A DNA stretch of 52,691 nt from an uncultured Gammaproteobacteria bacterium (GTDB taxonomy: Bacteria > Patescibacteriota > Patescibacteriia > UBA2196). A program made the translations under genes and the position numbers. The DNA lies in assembly GCA_964522515.1 (NCBI GenBank), contig CAZFWC010000003.1:1-52691 (forward strand). The letters are read 5' to 3'. Below, piece by piece: positions 39,815-48,778 of the stretch (its first letter is position 1; each line of letters starts with the position of its first letter). The notes under the pieces are model-generated. The model made no database searches, was not told where the DNA came from, and saw nothing but the letters and a program-made list of their open reading frames with translations.

Positions 39815-41152
39815 ATGTCAAATCAAAATAAAAATTCAGCGTCTACCAAGGGTTTTACTCTAATCGAAGTCTTAGTTGGTATTGTAATTCTTGCGCTGAT
39901 TTCTTTAAGTTTTTACAGCTTAATTAATTTTACTTTAAAAACAATTTGGGAAGCAAAAGCAAAAATTACCGCAACACAATTAGCAAATCAAAAAATAGAA
40001 ATGGCTAGAAATTTAAGCTACCAAGCCGTTGGAACACAAAACGGAATTCCTTTTGGAACAATTCCAAACACTGAAACTGTTTTAAGAAATAATATTGAAT
40101 ACATAGTGAACACGCAAGTAATTTATATTGACGACGAATTTGACGGAGTTTTAGATGGCGAGCCAAATGACACTTTAAATACTGATTATAAAAAAGTCAG
40201 AGTTGAAGTAAGTTGGAATTATCGGCTCCAGCACAAACCAGTAATTTTAATTACAAATATTGTTCCACCTGGGTTAGAAAGTTCTGTTGGTGGAGGAACT
40301 TTAAAAATTTTAGTCTACAACGCAAGCGGTCAACCTGTTTCGCAAGCAAATGTTTTTATTCAAAATACAGATCTTGATCCAAATATTAATATTAATACTT
40401 TAACTGACGACCAAGGTTTTGTAATTTTACCTGGCTCTCCAGAATCAATTGAAAATTACCAAATCACAGCGACTAAAAATAATTATTCAACTGATCAAAC
40501 AAGAAATTCTACAACAGAACTCCCAAGCCCTGAAAAACCGCACGCAAGTATTTTTGAAGACCAAACAACAAATATTAGTTTTTCAATTGATTTGCTGTCT
40601 AATTTAAATTTAGTAATTCAAAACGAAAATGAGATTAATTTATCAAATATTGAATTAAATATTCAAGGTGAAAAAACAATTGGGTTTGATGCGGAAGAAC
40701 TGCCAGTTTATAAATTTAATCAAAATTATTTTTCAAATTATTTAGGGCAAATTATTTTAAACAATATTGAATGGGATACTTACAATTTTATAATGCCAAC
40801 AAACGCGGTCTACAATATTTCAGAAACAGTTCCAATTCAGCCCTTAAATTTACTGCAAAATACAACGACTGCCGTCTTAATTACTTTAGTTCCAAAAGCT
40901 CAACACTCTGCTTTAATTATTGTTAAAGATATTAATGAACAACCTTTGCCTGACGCGCAAGTTCATTTTTATAATTATTCAAAAGGATTAGATCAAACAA
41001 TTATTACTGATGAATCTGGTCAAGCTTTTTTTACTCCTTGGCAAAATACAACTTCAACTTTAGATATTATAAAAACAGGATTTGAAAATTTTTTAGATGA
41101 ATTTGAGATTGACGGCTACCACATAGAATCAATTGTTCTTACGGAACAATAA
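39815..41152 (+). CDS. large pilin-like protein with prepilin-type N-terminal methylation motif
   Basis: 445 aa. Leader MSNQNKNSASTK followed by GFTLIEVLVGIVILALISL. The C-terminal part has carboxypeptidase-regulatory-like beta-sandwich signatures (LKILVYNASGQPVSQANVFI; ALIIVKDINEQPLPDAQVHF). Confidence 0.8.
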   Translation: MSNQNKNSASTKGFTLIEVLVGIVILALISLSFYSLINFTLKTIWEAKAKITATQLANQKIEMARNLSYQAVGTQNGIPFGTIPNTETVLRNNIEYIVNTQVIYIDDEFDGVLDGEPNDTLNTDYKKVRVEVSWNYRLQHKPVILITNIVPPGLESSVGGGTLKILVYNASGQPVSQANVFIQNTDLDPNININTLTDDQGFVILPGSPESIENYQITATKNNYSTDQTRNSTTELPSPEKPHASIFEDQTTNISFSIDLLSNLNLVIQNENEINLSNIELNIQGEKTIGFDAEELPVYKFNQNYFSNYLGQIILNNIEWDTYNFIMPTNAVYNISETVPIQPLNLLQNTTTAVLITLVPKAQHSALIIVKDINEQPLPDAQVHFYNYSKGLDQTIITDESGQAFFTPWQNTTSTLDIIKTGFENFLDEFEIDGYHIESIVLTEQ

Positions 41153-41194
41153 TTTTCAATTTTCAATTTTCAAACCTGTCTGCCGACAGGCAGG
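41151..41194 (+). repeat. Heptamer array (AATTTTC)x3 fused to an isolated CCTGTCTGCCGACAGGCAGG module
   Basis: Starts within the stop codon of pilin-like gene 39815-41152. Combines two repeat types seen elsewhere in the window. Confidence 0.8.
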
Positions 41195-41382
41195 CAATTA
41201 TTTATTTAATTAATTTTAAAAATTTAAAAATAAAAAACCCCGTCCAATGCGTAATTTTTATGTGTAGTTGTGCCACTTTCATCGTACCAAACAATTAGAT
41301 ATCTTTTCGTTATCTTTATCCTCCAATTTTAAATTTTTAACTCCAATTAATTATAAATTATTTTTAGCACACCATTAAAAAA

Positions 41383-42048
41383 ATGTCAAATCAAAAAAAT
41401 TCAGCGTTAAATCAGCGCACAAATCCTCCTTCGCTAAAGCTACGGCGGACAGGTCAGCGTCAGTCAGCGTCTAAGGGATTTACTTTAGTAGAATTAATGG
41501 TTGCGATTTCAATTTTTCTTTTAGCTACTTTTGTGGTAAGTGTTTTTATAATTCAAAATTTTCAAACTCAAAATTTTTCTTTAGAACAATCTTCTGCAAT
41601 TACTGAAGCGCGACGAGGAGTTGAAACTTTAGTTAAAGAACTGCGCGAAGCTTTGCCAGCAGACACTGGCGCTTATCCAATTGAATTTGCAAATGACCAA
41701 GAAATAATTTTTTACGCAGATTACGATCGCGACAACGCAATTGAAAAAGTTCATTATTGGTTAGATGAAAGTGATTTTAAAAAAAATGTGATTGAAGCAG
41801 GCGGAAGTCCACTTTCTTATTCTGGTGCAGGAGAAACAGAAATAATTTCTCGTTTTGTTAGAAATAATACAACAACAATTTTTACTTATTTTAACGGCGA
41901 TTACGCAACAAGCGCAACTCCTGCTGATCCAAATACCGTTAAACTAATTAATATTTATTTAAAAATTAATGTTAAACCACAACACGCGCCAACTGATTTT
42001 GAACTAGAATCTGATGTGAGTTTAAGGAATTTGAAAGAAAATCTATGA
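41383..42048 (+). CDS. minor pilin / pseudopilin with repeat-expanded leader peptide
   Basis: 221 aa. GFTLVELMVAISIFLL prepilin motif. The leader is 19 aa longer than in the paralogous upstream pilin because of a GC-rich insertion at 41408-41464. Confidence 0.8.
   Translation: MSNQKNSALNQRTNPPSLKLRRTGQRQSASKGFTLVELMVAISIFLLATFVVSVFIIQNFQTQNFSLEQSSAITEARRGVETLVKELREALPADTGAYPIEFANDQEIIFYADYDRDNAIEKVHYWLDESDFKKNVIEAGGSPLSYSGAGETEIISRFVRNNTTTIFTYFNGDYATSATPADPNTVKLINIYLKINVKPQHAPTDFELESDVSLRNLKENL
41408..41464 (+). repeat. 57-nt GC-rich in-frame insertion in the pilin leader
   Basis: Absent from the otherwise matching 5' end of paralog 39815. Contains the 29-nt core CCTCCTTCGCTAAAGCTACGGCGGACAGG. 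TCAGCG(T/C) is reiterated at both borders. Confidence 0.85.
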
Positions 42049-43415
42049 AAAACAAAGGAACAATTTTAATGCTGACTTTAATAATGACTTCTGTTTTTAC
42101 AATTGCTTCTTTATCAATCGCGAGTTTAGCAATTTCACAAAATAAATTGGCAAATCAAAAAATTTCTTGGCACAACGCTTTAAATATTGCAGAAGCTGGA
42201 TTAAATTATTACCGTTGGCATTTGGCGCACGCTCCGGAAGATTATGAAAATAATATTGGAATTCACGATTACACTGATCCGCAAAGTGGCGTTGTTGGAC
42301 ATTACAATTTAGAAATAACTGCGCCGTCTGAGTGTTCAAGTGTTGTAACAATTAAGTCAACTGGCTGGACAAATAAATTTCCAGATACAAAAAGAGTTGT
42401 GCAAGCAAAATACGGTTTAGCTTCTTTAGCTTCTTTTGCGTTTATTACAAATTCAGATGTTTGGTTTGGCGACGAAGAAGTTTTACACGGACCAGTTCAT
42501 TCAAATGGAGGAATTAGACAAGACGGAATAAATGATTCTTTAACAACTTCAGCAAAAGAAACTTATTCTTGCCAATCACACCACGGCTGTTCACCAGCGC
42601 AAACAAAAGACGGAATTTGGGGAACTGGAGGTGACCAAGAACTTTGGGAGTATCCAACTTCAAATATTGATTTTGATATGCTAACTGTTGATTTAGCAGA
42701 ATTAAAATCCTTAGCAGAGACATCTGGAATTTATTTGCCACAAAAAGGATTAGGTTACAGAATAAATTTTAAATCAGACGGAACAATTGATGTGTACCGA
42801 GTAACTAAATTAAAAAATAATGTTACTTATTATGATATAAATTTTAAAAAACATAAAGGCTCTTGGGATATTGATCGCCAAACTTTTTTTGCAAATTATT
42901 CTTTACCTTCAGAATGTGCTATAATATTTGTGCAAGACAATGTTTGGGTTGACGGAATTATAAATGGAAAAATGACTTTAGTGGTTGCAAAACTTCCAGA
43001 AGTTCCAAACAACAGAAGAAATATAATTATAAATGGAAATTTAACTTACTTAGAAAAAAATGGACAGCACTCGTTAGGTTTAATCGCGCAACAAGATATT
43101 ATTGTTCCGCTTTATTCTGCTCCGGAAAATTTAGAAATTGACGCTGTTCTTTTAGCTCAAAATGGTTCGGTGTACAGACCTTATTATGATTCGCCTTGGC
43201 CTTATTATATTCGCGATTCAATTACAATTTACGGAACAATAATTACTAATCAAGTTTGGACTTGGTCTTGGGTCAACAGTAGTGGTAGTTGTATTTCAGG
43301 ATATTGCAACACAAACACAATTTACGATTCACATTTAAATTACAATCCACCACCTGGTTTCCCGACTTACGGAGATTACAAATTTTTACAGTGGGAGGAA
43401 ATAACTGAAAAATAA
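42045..43415 (+). CDS. PilX-like pilus-associated protein
   Basis: 456 aa with an ATGA overlap to the upstream pilin gene. Has an N-terminal hydrophobic helix (GTILMLTLIMTSVFTIASLSIASLAI) in PilX_N style and a large C-terminal domain. Confidence 0.6.
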   Translation: MKNKGTILMLTLIMTSVFTIASLSIASLAISQNKLANQKISWHNALNIAEAGLNYYRWHLAHAPEDYENNIGIHDYTDPQSGVVGHYNLEITAPSECSSVVTIKSTGWTNKFPDTKRVVQAKYGLASLASFAFITNSDVWFGDEEVLHGPVHSNGGIRQDGINDSLTTSAKETYSCQSHHGCSPAQTKDGIWGTGGDQELWEYPTSNIDFDMLTVDLAELKSLAETSGIYLPQKGLGYRINFKSDGTIDVYRVTKLKNNVTYYDINFKKHKGSWDIDRQTFFANYSLPSECAIIFVQDNVWVDGIINGKMTLVVAKLPEVPNNRRNIIINGNLTYLEKNGQHSLGLIAQQDIIVPLYSAPENLEIDAVLLAQNGSVYRPYYDSPWPYYIRDSITIYGTIITNQVWTWSWVNSSGSCISGYCNTNTIYDSHLNYNPPPGFPTYGDYKFLQWEEITEK

Positions 43416-43584
43416 GTCGCAACCCTCCTTCGCTCTCTAACAACTTTTTAATTGCTACGGCGGGCAAGCTCCTGTGTTTTTTAAATTTTAAACACAAGAG
43501 TTCCTGCCTGTCGGCAGACAGGTATCCGCCGTAGTCCAGTAGTCCCGAGTACTCGGGACTAGGAACAAAGGCGGAAAACTCAAT
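43416..43584 (+). repeat. Family-1 composite spacer element, copy D (PilX-like gene to pilM)
   Basis: GTCGCAACCCTCCTTCGC..GCTACGGCGG..central hairpin..CCTGCCTGTCGGCAGACAGG..CCGCCGTAGTCCAGTAGTCCCGAGTACTCGGG..AAAGGCGGAAAACTCAAT, then the pilM ATG. Long stretches are near-identical to copy A. Confidence 0.9.
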
Positions 43585-44682
43585 ATGTTTTTTAGCACAC
43601 AAATTAAAACTTTTGGTTTGGATATTTCTGATCAATCCATAAAAATCGCGCAGATTCAAAAAATACGCGACAATTTGCAATTAACAAGTTTTAATAAAAC
43701 ATCGTTACCTCAAGGAATTTTAGTTAACGGTGAAATTCAAAATCAAGAACAATTAATTAAATATATTAAAAACACAATTAACCAAAGCAAAACTAAAATA
43801 GAAAATAATTATGTTGTGGCTTGTTTGCCAGAAGTTAAAACCTTTATTAAATTAATCAAAATAAAACTTGAAGATAAAAATTTGTCAGATAAATACTCAA
43901 TCAAAGAATTAATAAAAAAATGTTTACCAAAACATATTCCAATGCCAATTGAAGAAGTAGTTTTTGATTGGCAAATTATTAATAAAAAACAAAATTATAT
44001 TGAAGTTTTAATTGGTGTGGCTCCCAAAAACACAGTTTTAGCCTTTAATGATTTAATTAAAAAATGCGGATTAATGCCGATTTCTCTTGAAATTGAAGCT
44101 GGCTCAATAACTCGTTCTATTTTTACTTTGTCAAATAAAAAATTGCCAACAAAAATTGAAAATTCTTGCGACACTGTTTATTTTATTATTGATTGTGGCG
44201 CTTCTCGCTCAGGGTTAATTGTTTGGTCTGATCAAACAATTAAATTTACAACTAGTTTAAAAATTTGTGGTACAGAATTAACAAAAAAAATAAGTCAAGA
44301 TTTAAAACTTGATTTTAAAAAAGCTGAAAAATTAAAAAATATTTATGGACTTGAAATAAAAAACAATAAATCGAAAATTAAAAAAATTCTTAATCCATTA
44401 ATTACTGAATTAACAGATGAAATTACAAAAGCAAAAGAATTTTATGAAAATAATTTTGACAAAGATAAAAAGAAGTATGAAATTATTTTAAGCGGTGGTT
44501 CTTCAAATCTAAAAGCACTTGATACAGAATTAGCCCAAATATTAAATATGAAAGTTAGTTTAGCTAATCCTTTAATAAATTTAGCTTTAAAACAAAAAAT
44601 AAAAATAAACCAACAAGAAATTCAAAGCTACACAACAGCAATTGGTTTAGCTTTAAGATCTTTTTTTGTAAAAAATTATTAA
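43585..44682 (+). CDS. pilM: type IV pilus assembly protein PilM
   Basis: 365 aa. Actin-like ATPase fold signatures (FGLDISDQSIKIAQI; IIDCGASRSGL; ILSGGSSNLKALD). Confidence 0.85.
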   Translation: MFFSTQIKTFGLDISDQSIKIAQIQKIRDNLQLTSFNKTSLPQGILVNGEIQNQEQLIKYIKNTINQSKTKIENNYVVACLPEVKTFIKLIKIKLEDKNLSDKYSIKELIKKCLPKHIPMPIEEVVFDWQIINKKQNYIEVLIGVAPKNTVLAFNDLIKKCGLMPISLEIEAGSITRSIFTLSNKKLPTKIENSCDTVYFIIDCGASRSGLIVWSDQTIKFTTSLKICGTELTKKISQDLKLDFKKAEKLKNIYGLEIKNNKSKIKKILNPLITELTDEITKAKEFYENNFDKDKKKYEIILSGGSSNLKALDTELAQILNMKVSLANPLINLALKQKIKINQQEIQSYTTAIGLALRSFFVKNY

Positions 44683-44688
44683 AAAATT

Positions 44689-45216
44689 ATGATAATTCTT
44701 AATTTGCTACCAACATCAGGAAAAAAGAAAATTGTAAATCATTATTTACTGCTTTTAATAAAAGATGTTGTTTTTTTGTTTCTTTTAACAAGCGCTATTT
44801 TAGCAATTTTATTTTTAATTTGTTATTTTATTTTAATTAAAAATTTTATTACAACTACTGAACAAAATTTATCAGTGATGAAAAATACGGGATTAATCAC
44901 AAGTAAAATAAGAAAAGTAAATAGAAAATTAAATTCAATTGAAAAAATTCAAAATGATTACACAAATTGGGTTCAATTTATTGTTGAGTTAAATTCACTA
45001 ATTCCACAAAATGAAATTCAAATTACAAAATTAAATATTGATAAACACCAGAAAATAATTACAATCAATGGTAAAGCTTTAGAAAGAGATGGTTTTTTAA
45101 TTTTTAAAAAAAATCTAGAAAATTCTAAAATATTTACAGAAATTAATTCTCCTTTATCAAATTTATTATTAGAAAAAAACATAAATTTTTCTTTAGAAAT
45201 AAAATATGAAATTTAA
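44689..45216 (+). CDS. pilN: PilN-like pilus assembly protein
   Basis: 175 aa. Single TM after a short N-terminus. Position immediately after pilM. Confidence 0.65.
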   Translation: MIILNLLPTSGKKKIVNHYLLLLIKDVVFLFLLTSAILAILFLICYFILIKNFITTTEQNLSVMKNTGLITSKIRKVNRKLNSIEKIQNDYTNWVQFIVELNSLIPQNEIQITKLNIDKHQKIITINGKALERDGFLIFKKNLENSKIFTEINSPLSNLLLEKNINFSLEIKYEI

Positions 45217-45817
45217 TTTAAATTTAAAATATAATAAAGTTGTAATTATTTTTATTGCTGTAATTATTAATTTTAGCATTATTTTTTTAATTATTTTACC
45301 AACAATTAAAAAAATAAAACAGTTAACAAACGACACTTACAGTCAACGGGTTGCTTTAGAAAAATTATATTTACGCGGACAAAGTATTAAAAAATCAAAA
45401 CAAAATTATGAAAAAATTAAAGATAAAGTTGAAAATTTAGAAACTGTTTTTAATAAGGTTGGAAAAGAATTAGATTTTATTAAATCTTTAGAACAAATTG
45501 CGCAAAAACAAAATATCCAACAAATAATTGAAATAAAAAATAATAAAACAGAAACAGAAAAATTTGAAAATGAAAATTATAAAGAAATTCAAGTATCTGT
45601 TAATTTAAATGGTGACTTTAATAATATTATAAATTATTTAGAACAAGCGCAACTCTTAGATTATTATTTTAATATTAATTATCTTGATTTTTATTATTCA
45701 AAAGCAAAATCTTTTAAACAAATAAAAGAATCTATTGATGAAAATGAATTATACGAAAAATCAAACACTTTTCCTAAAATAAATGCTGTATTTTCTGGAT
45801 TAACTTATTGGAAATAA
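45206..45817 (+). CDS. pilO: PilO-like pilus assembly protein
   Basis: 203 aa. Single TM, coiled coil, then an alpha/beta domain. Overlaps the pilN end. Assigned by position. Confidence 0.6.
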   Translation: MKFNLNLKYNKVVIIFIAVIINFSIIFLIILPTIKKIKQLTNDTYSQRVALEKLYLRGQSIKKSKQNYEKIKDKVENLETVFNKVGKELDFIKSLEQIAQKQNIQQIIEIKNNKTETEKFENENYKEIQVSVNLNGDFNNIINYLEQAQLLDYYFNINYLDFYYSKAKSFKQIKESIDENELYEKSNTFPKINAVFSGLTYWK

Positions 45818-45837
45818 AAAAATCACAAAATAATTTT

Positions 45838-46122
45838 ATGAAAATATTTATTATTACAAAATATTCATATTACACAATTATTATTGTTGCAATTTTAATG
45901 CTTAGCGCGAGTTTTTATTTTTTGTATAATAATTTTTATCAGACTTTAATCCAAGCAAAAATAATTTATGTTCTTAAAAGTCAAGTTGCTTTTGAATCAG
46001 TAAATATTGAACTTTGGGATAAAGTTGCTCAAAATTTAGAAAACAAAAAAATTTCAATTTTATCAACTGAAAAAAAATTAAATAACCCATTTGTAGAATT
46101 TGTTAAAGTTGAAGAAGAATAA
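45838..46122 (+). CDS. small single-TM protein at the end of the pilus operon
   Basis: ATG at 45838; the ORF-track start at 45808 is a TTG overlapping pilO. TM segment is YYTIIIVAILMLSASFYFLY. Confidence 0.5.
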   Translation: MKIFIITKYSYYTIIIVAILMLSASFYFLYNNFYQTLIQAKIIYVLKSQVAFESVNIELWDKVAQNLENKKISILSTEKKLNNPFVEFVKVEEE

Positions 46123-46126
46123 AAGT

Positions 46127-46256
46127 CAGTAAAAATAAAATTTAAAACCTTTGAAAAGTTAAAATTGCTTGGTTCACCTTTGGTGAAATTTTGACTTTTC
46201 AAGAGTAAATTTTTCGCAGGAAAAAATTTGCGTGTTTTAAAATTTATTTTTACTAG
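46127..46256. other. AT-rich nested-palindrome region (possible structured RNA or bidirectional terminator complex)
   Basis: Outer arms: CAGTAAAAATAAAATTTAAAAC / GTTTTAAAATTTATTTTTACTAG. Inner arms: CTTTGAAAAGTTAAAATT / AAATTTTGACTTTTCAAGAG around TTCACC-TTTG-GTGAA. There is also an AAATTTTT-CGCAGG-AAAAAATTT hairpin. Confidence 0.5.
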
Positions 46257-46270
46257 TTTAAAGACTGCAA

Positions 46271-47419
46271 TTATTTTGGTGCTATTTTTCTATATTTTTT
46301 TACTAAATCAGATAATTTTTTTACAAAATACTCAATTTCAGTTTGAGTATTTTCTTTTCCTAAAGTAATTCGCAAACTTCCGTGAGATTGTTCTGAAGAA
46401 AGTTTAATTGCTGTTAAAACATATGAAGTTTTGTGCAAGTTAGAAGAACAAGCAGATCCTGTTGAAACTGCGATTCCTTGTAAATCTAGTCCTAACAACA
46501 AAGCTTCGCCTTCAACACCAGCAACACTAAAATTCAAATTATTTGGCAATCTTTTTTCTAAACTGCCATTTAATTTTACATTTTTAATTTTTTTTTGAAT
46601 TAATTTCCACAAATAATTTCGCAATTTTTCTATATTTTTATTATTTTGAATTTTGGTTAACTCAACTGCTTTACCCAAACCAACAATTGCTGGCGTATTT
46701 AAAGTTCCTGGTCGTAGACCAAACTCTTGATGACCTCCAAATTGAATATTTTTAATTTTAGTTTCTTTTTTTACAAATAAAACTCCAATTCCTTTTGGTC
46801 CGTAAATTTTGTGTCCTGAAAAAGATAACAAATCAACACCCAATTTTTTCACATCTAAATTTAAATAATTTATTGTTTGAGTCGCGTCAGTGTGAAAAAT
46901 GATTTTTTTCAACCTGTTCTTATTTTTTTCTTTTATCATTTTTCCTATTTTTTCAATTGGTTGAACAGTTCCAATTTCATTATTTGCGTACATTATTGAA
47001 ATTAGTTTAGTATTTTTTTTAATTTCTTTTTCAACATCTTTAACTTTTATACTTCCATCTGATTGCGGTTTTATAAAACTGACTTCAACTTCTTTTTTTT
47101 CTAAATATTTAGAAACTTCTAAAACTGAGGGGTGTTCAATCGCAGAAGTAATAATATGCTCGTGTTTTTTTACTATTCCTTGAATTGCGATATTATTTGC
47201 TTCTGTTGCGCCAGATGTAAAAATAACTTCTTCTGGTTTACAATTTAAAAATTCAGCAATTTTTGTTCGCACATTTTCTACTGCTTTTTTAGCTTCTTGT
47301 CCAAATAAATGTAAAGACGACGCGTTACCAAATTTATCACAAAAATAAGGTTTCATTATTTTAAAAACCTCTTTATCAACTTGTGTTGTTGCCGCGTGGT
47401 CTAAATAAATTCTTTGCAT
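46271..47419 (-). CDS. nifS: cysteine desulfurase (NifS/IscS class V aminotransferase)
   Basis: IYLDHAATT, PLP-lysine motif SGHKIYGPKGIG, and active-site SGSACSS. Start set at MQRIYLD (47419) to avoid overlap with nfu. Confidence 0.9.
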   Translation of the reverse strand: MQRIYLDHAATTQVDKEVFKIMKPYFCDKFGNASSLHLFGQEAKKAVENVRTKIAEFLNCKPEEVIFTSGATEANNIAIQGIVKKHEHIITSAIEHPSVLEVSKYLEKKEVEVSFIKPQSDGSIKVKDVEKEIKKNTKLISIMYANNEIGTVQPIEKIGKMIKEKNKNRLKKIIFHTDATQTINYLNLDVKKLGVDLLSFSGHKIYGPKGIGVLFVKKETKIKNIQFGGHQEFGLRPGTLNTPAIVGLGKAVELTKIQNNKNIEKLRNYLWKLIQKKIKNVKLNGSLEKRLPNNLNFSVAGVEGEALLLGLDLQGIAVSTGSACSSNLHKTSYVLTAIKLSSEQSHGSLRITLGKENTQTEIEYFVKKLSDLVKKYRKIAPK

Positions 47420-47426
47420 AAAATTT

Positions 47427-47654
47427 TTAAACACCAACAACTTCTTTAACTTCTGAAATTTCTTTTTTAATTGTTTGTCCAATTCCTTCTTGCAAAGTTA
47501 TTTGACTCATTGGACATCCAACACACGCGCCTTGCAAACGCAATTTTAAAATTCCAGTTTTTTCATCAAAATCAACAAATTCAACATCGCCTCCATCCAT
47601 TTTAAGATGTGGACGAATTTTATCTAATTCTTGTTTTATTTTATTTTTTATCAT
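47427..47654 (-). CDS. NifU C-terminal-domain (Nfu-type) Fe-S carrier
   Basis: 75 aa. IRPHLKMDGGDVEFV and CVGCPMSQITL (CxxC). Confidence 0.85.
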   Translation of the reverse strand: MIKNKIKQELDKIRPHLKMDGGDVEFVDFDEKTGILKLRLQGACVGCPMSQITLQEGIGQTIKKEISEVKEVVGV

Positions 47655-47675
47655 AAAACTCCGGATTAATTATTT

Positions 47676-48077
47676 TTATTTTTTATAAGTATTCTTAATG
47701 CGATAATTTTCAATTGCTTTTTTTAAACCATCAACTGCTAAAACAGAACAATGCACTTTTGGTTTTGGCAGACCACCAAGTGAATCAACAACTTCTTGTT
47801 TTGTAATTTTTAATGATTCACCTATTGTTTTATTTTTTATTAAATCAGTTAACATTGAAGTTGAAGCAATTGCGGCTCCACAACCTAATGTTTCAAATTT
47901 TACATCTTTAATAATATGATTGTCAATGTTTTGCAAGCCATTTGATTTAATTTTCAAATATATTTTCATTTTGTCGCCACAAACAGGATTTCCAACTTCA
48001 CCAATACCATCAGCATTAGGAATTGAACCTTGATTGTGCGGATTTTGAAAATGGTCTAGAACTTTTTTAGAATACAT
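47676..48077 (-). CDS. iscU: IscU/NifU-N Fe-S cluster scaffold
   Basis: 133 aa. NPVCGDKM, LGCGAAIASTS and KVHCSVLA give the three conserved Cys. Confidence 0.9.
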   Translation of the reverse strand: MYSKKVLDHFQNPHNQGSIPNADGIGEVGNPVCGDKMKIYLKIKSNGLQNIDNHIIKDVKFETLGCGAAIASTSMLTDLIKNKTIGESLKITKQEVVDSLGGLPKPKVHCSVLAVDGLKKAIENYRIKNTYKK

Positions 48078-48232
48078 AAAAATTAAGTTTAATTTAAAAT
48101 TATTAAAAAATTATTTTATTTTTCTTTATTTTAAAATTAAATAGAGCAAACAGTACAGTTGCGTCGCTTGGATGTTTTTATTTACATTATTTTAAATCTA
48201 CCACAATTTAAAAATAAACACAAAAAATTAAT

Positions 48233-48261
48233 TTGACATAAATTTATTGATTTGCTAAACT
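48233..48261 (+). promoter_or_regulatory. candidate promoter for rpmA
   Basis: TTGACA-17 nt-TAAACT, 9 nt before the ATG at 48271. Confidence 0.55.
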
Positions 48262-48270
48262 AAAAATTAT

Positions 48271-48543
48271 ATGGCACATATAAAAGCTGGCGGTTCAACA
48301 AAATACGGTCGCGATTCCATTTCAAAAAGATTAGGTGTTAAACTTTACGAAAACCAGATTGCAAAAGCTGGCGCTATTTTAGTTCGCCAACGCGGAACAA
48401 AATTTCAACCTGGTAAAAATGTTAAAAAAGGAAACGATGACACTTTATTTGCGATTAAAACAGGAAAAATTCATTTTTATCGCAGAAAAAAAATAAAACA
48501 TGATGGAAGTTTAAAATACACAAAATATATTTCAATAATTTAA
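48271..48543 (+). CDS. rpmA: 50S ribosomal protein L27
   Basis: 90 aa. [48 protein letters not shown]. Confidence 0.92.
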   Translation: MAHIKAGGSTKYGRDSISKRLGVKLYENQIAKAGAILVRQRGTKFQPGKNVKKGNDDTLFAIKTGKIHFYRRKKIKHDGSLKYTKYISII

Positions 48544-48552
48544 AATAATCTT

Positions 48553-48639
48553 ATGCCAAATTCAGCAAAACGCGCTCGCAACAAACAAATGGCTAAACTT
48601 GAAAAAAAGAAAAAAAATAAATCTAAGCACAAAAAATAA
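48553..48639 (+). CDS. possible 28-aa highly basic peptide
   Basis: MPNSAKRARNKQMAKLEKKKKNKSKHKK. Lies 9 nt after the rpmA stop and upstream of the operon terminator. No RBS and no family recognised. Confidence 0.3.
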   Translation: MPNSAKRARNKQMAKLEKKKKNKSKHKK

Positions 48640-48673
48640 ATTTTATTAGATTAAATTTATTTAATTTAAATAA

Positions 48674-48700
48674 AAAATCTCAGATAGTTGAGATTTTTTG
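48674..48700 (+). terminator. intrinsic terminator after rpmA and the small ORF
   Basis: AATCTCA-GATAGT-TGAGATT followed by TTTT. Confidence 0.7.
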
Positions 48701-48778
48701 TTTATTTAATTTTATATTTATAAATTCTGAACCTATAAATCGGTTTATCGGTTTATTTTAAAAATAAAATTTTGCAAT

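Noticed and set aside
41195-41382. A possible small ORF (26 aa, minus strand, MKVAQLHIKITHWTGFFIFKFLKLIK) or tRNA-like RNA in the spacer between the two pilin genes.
   Set aside because: The ORF has no properly spaced RBS and an implausible composition. No cloverleaf or conserved tRNA boxes could be drawn. The region is left unassigned.
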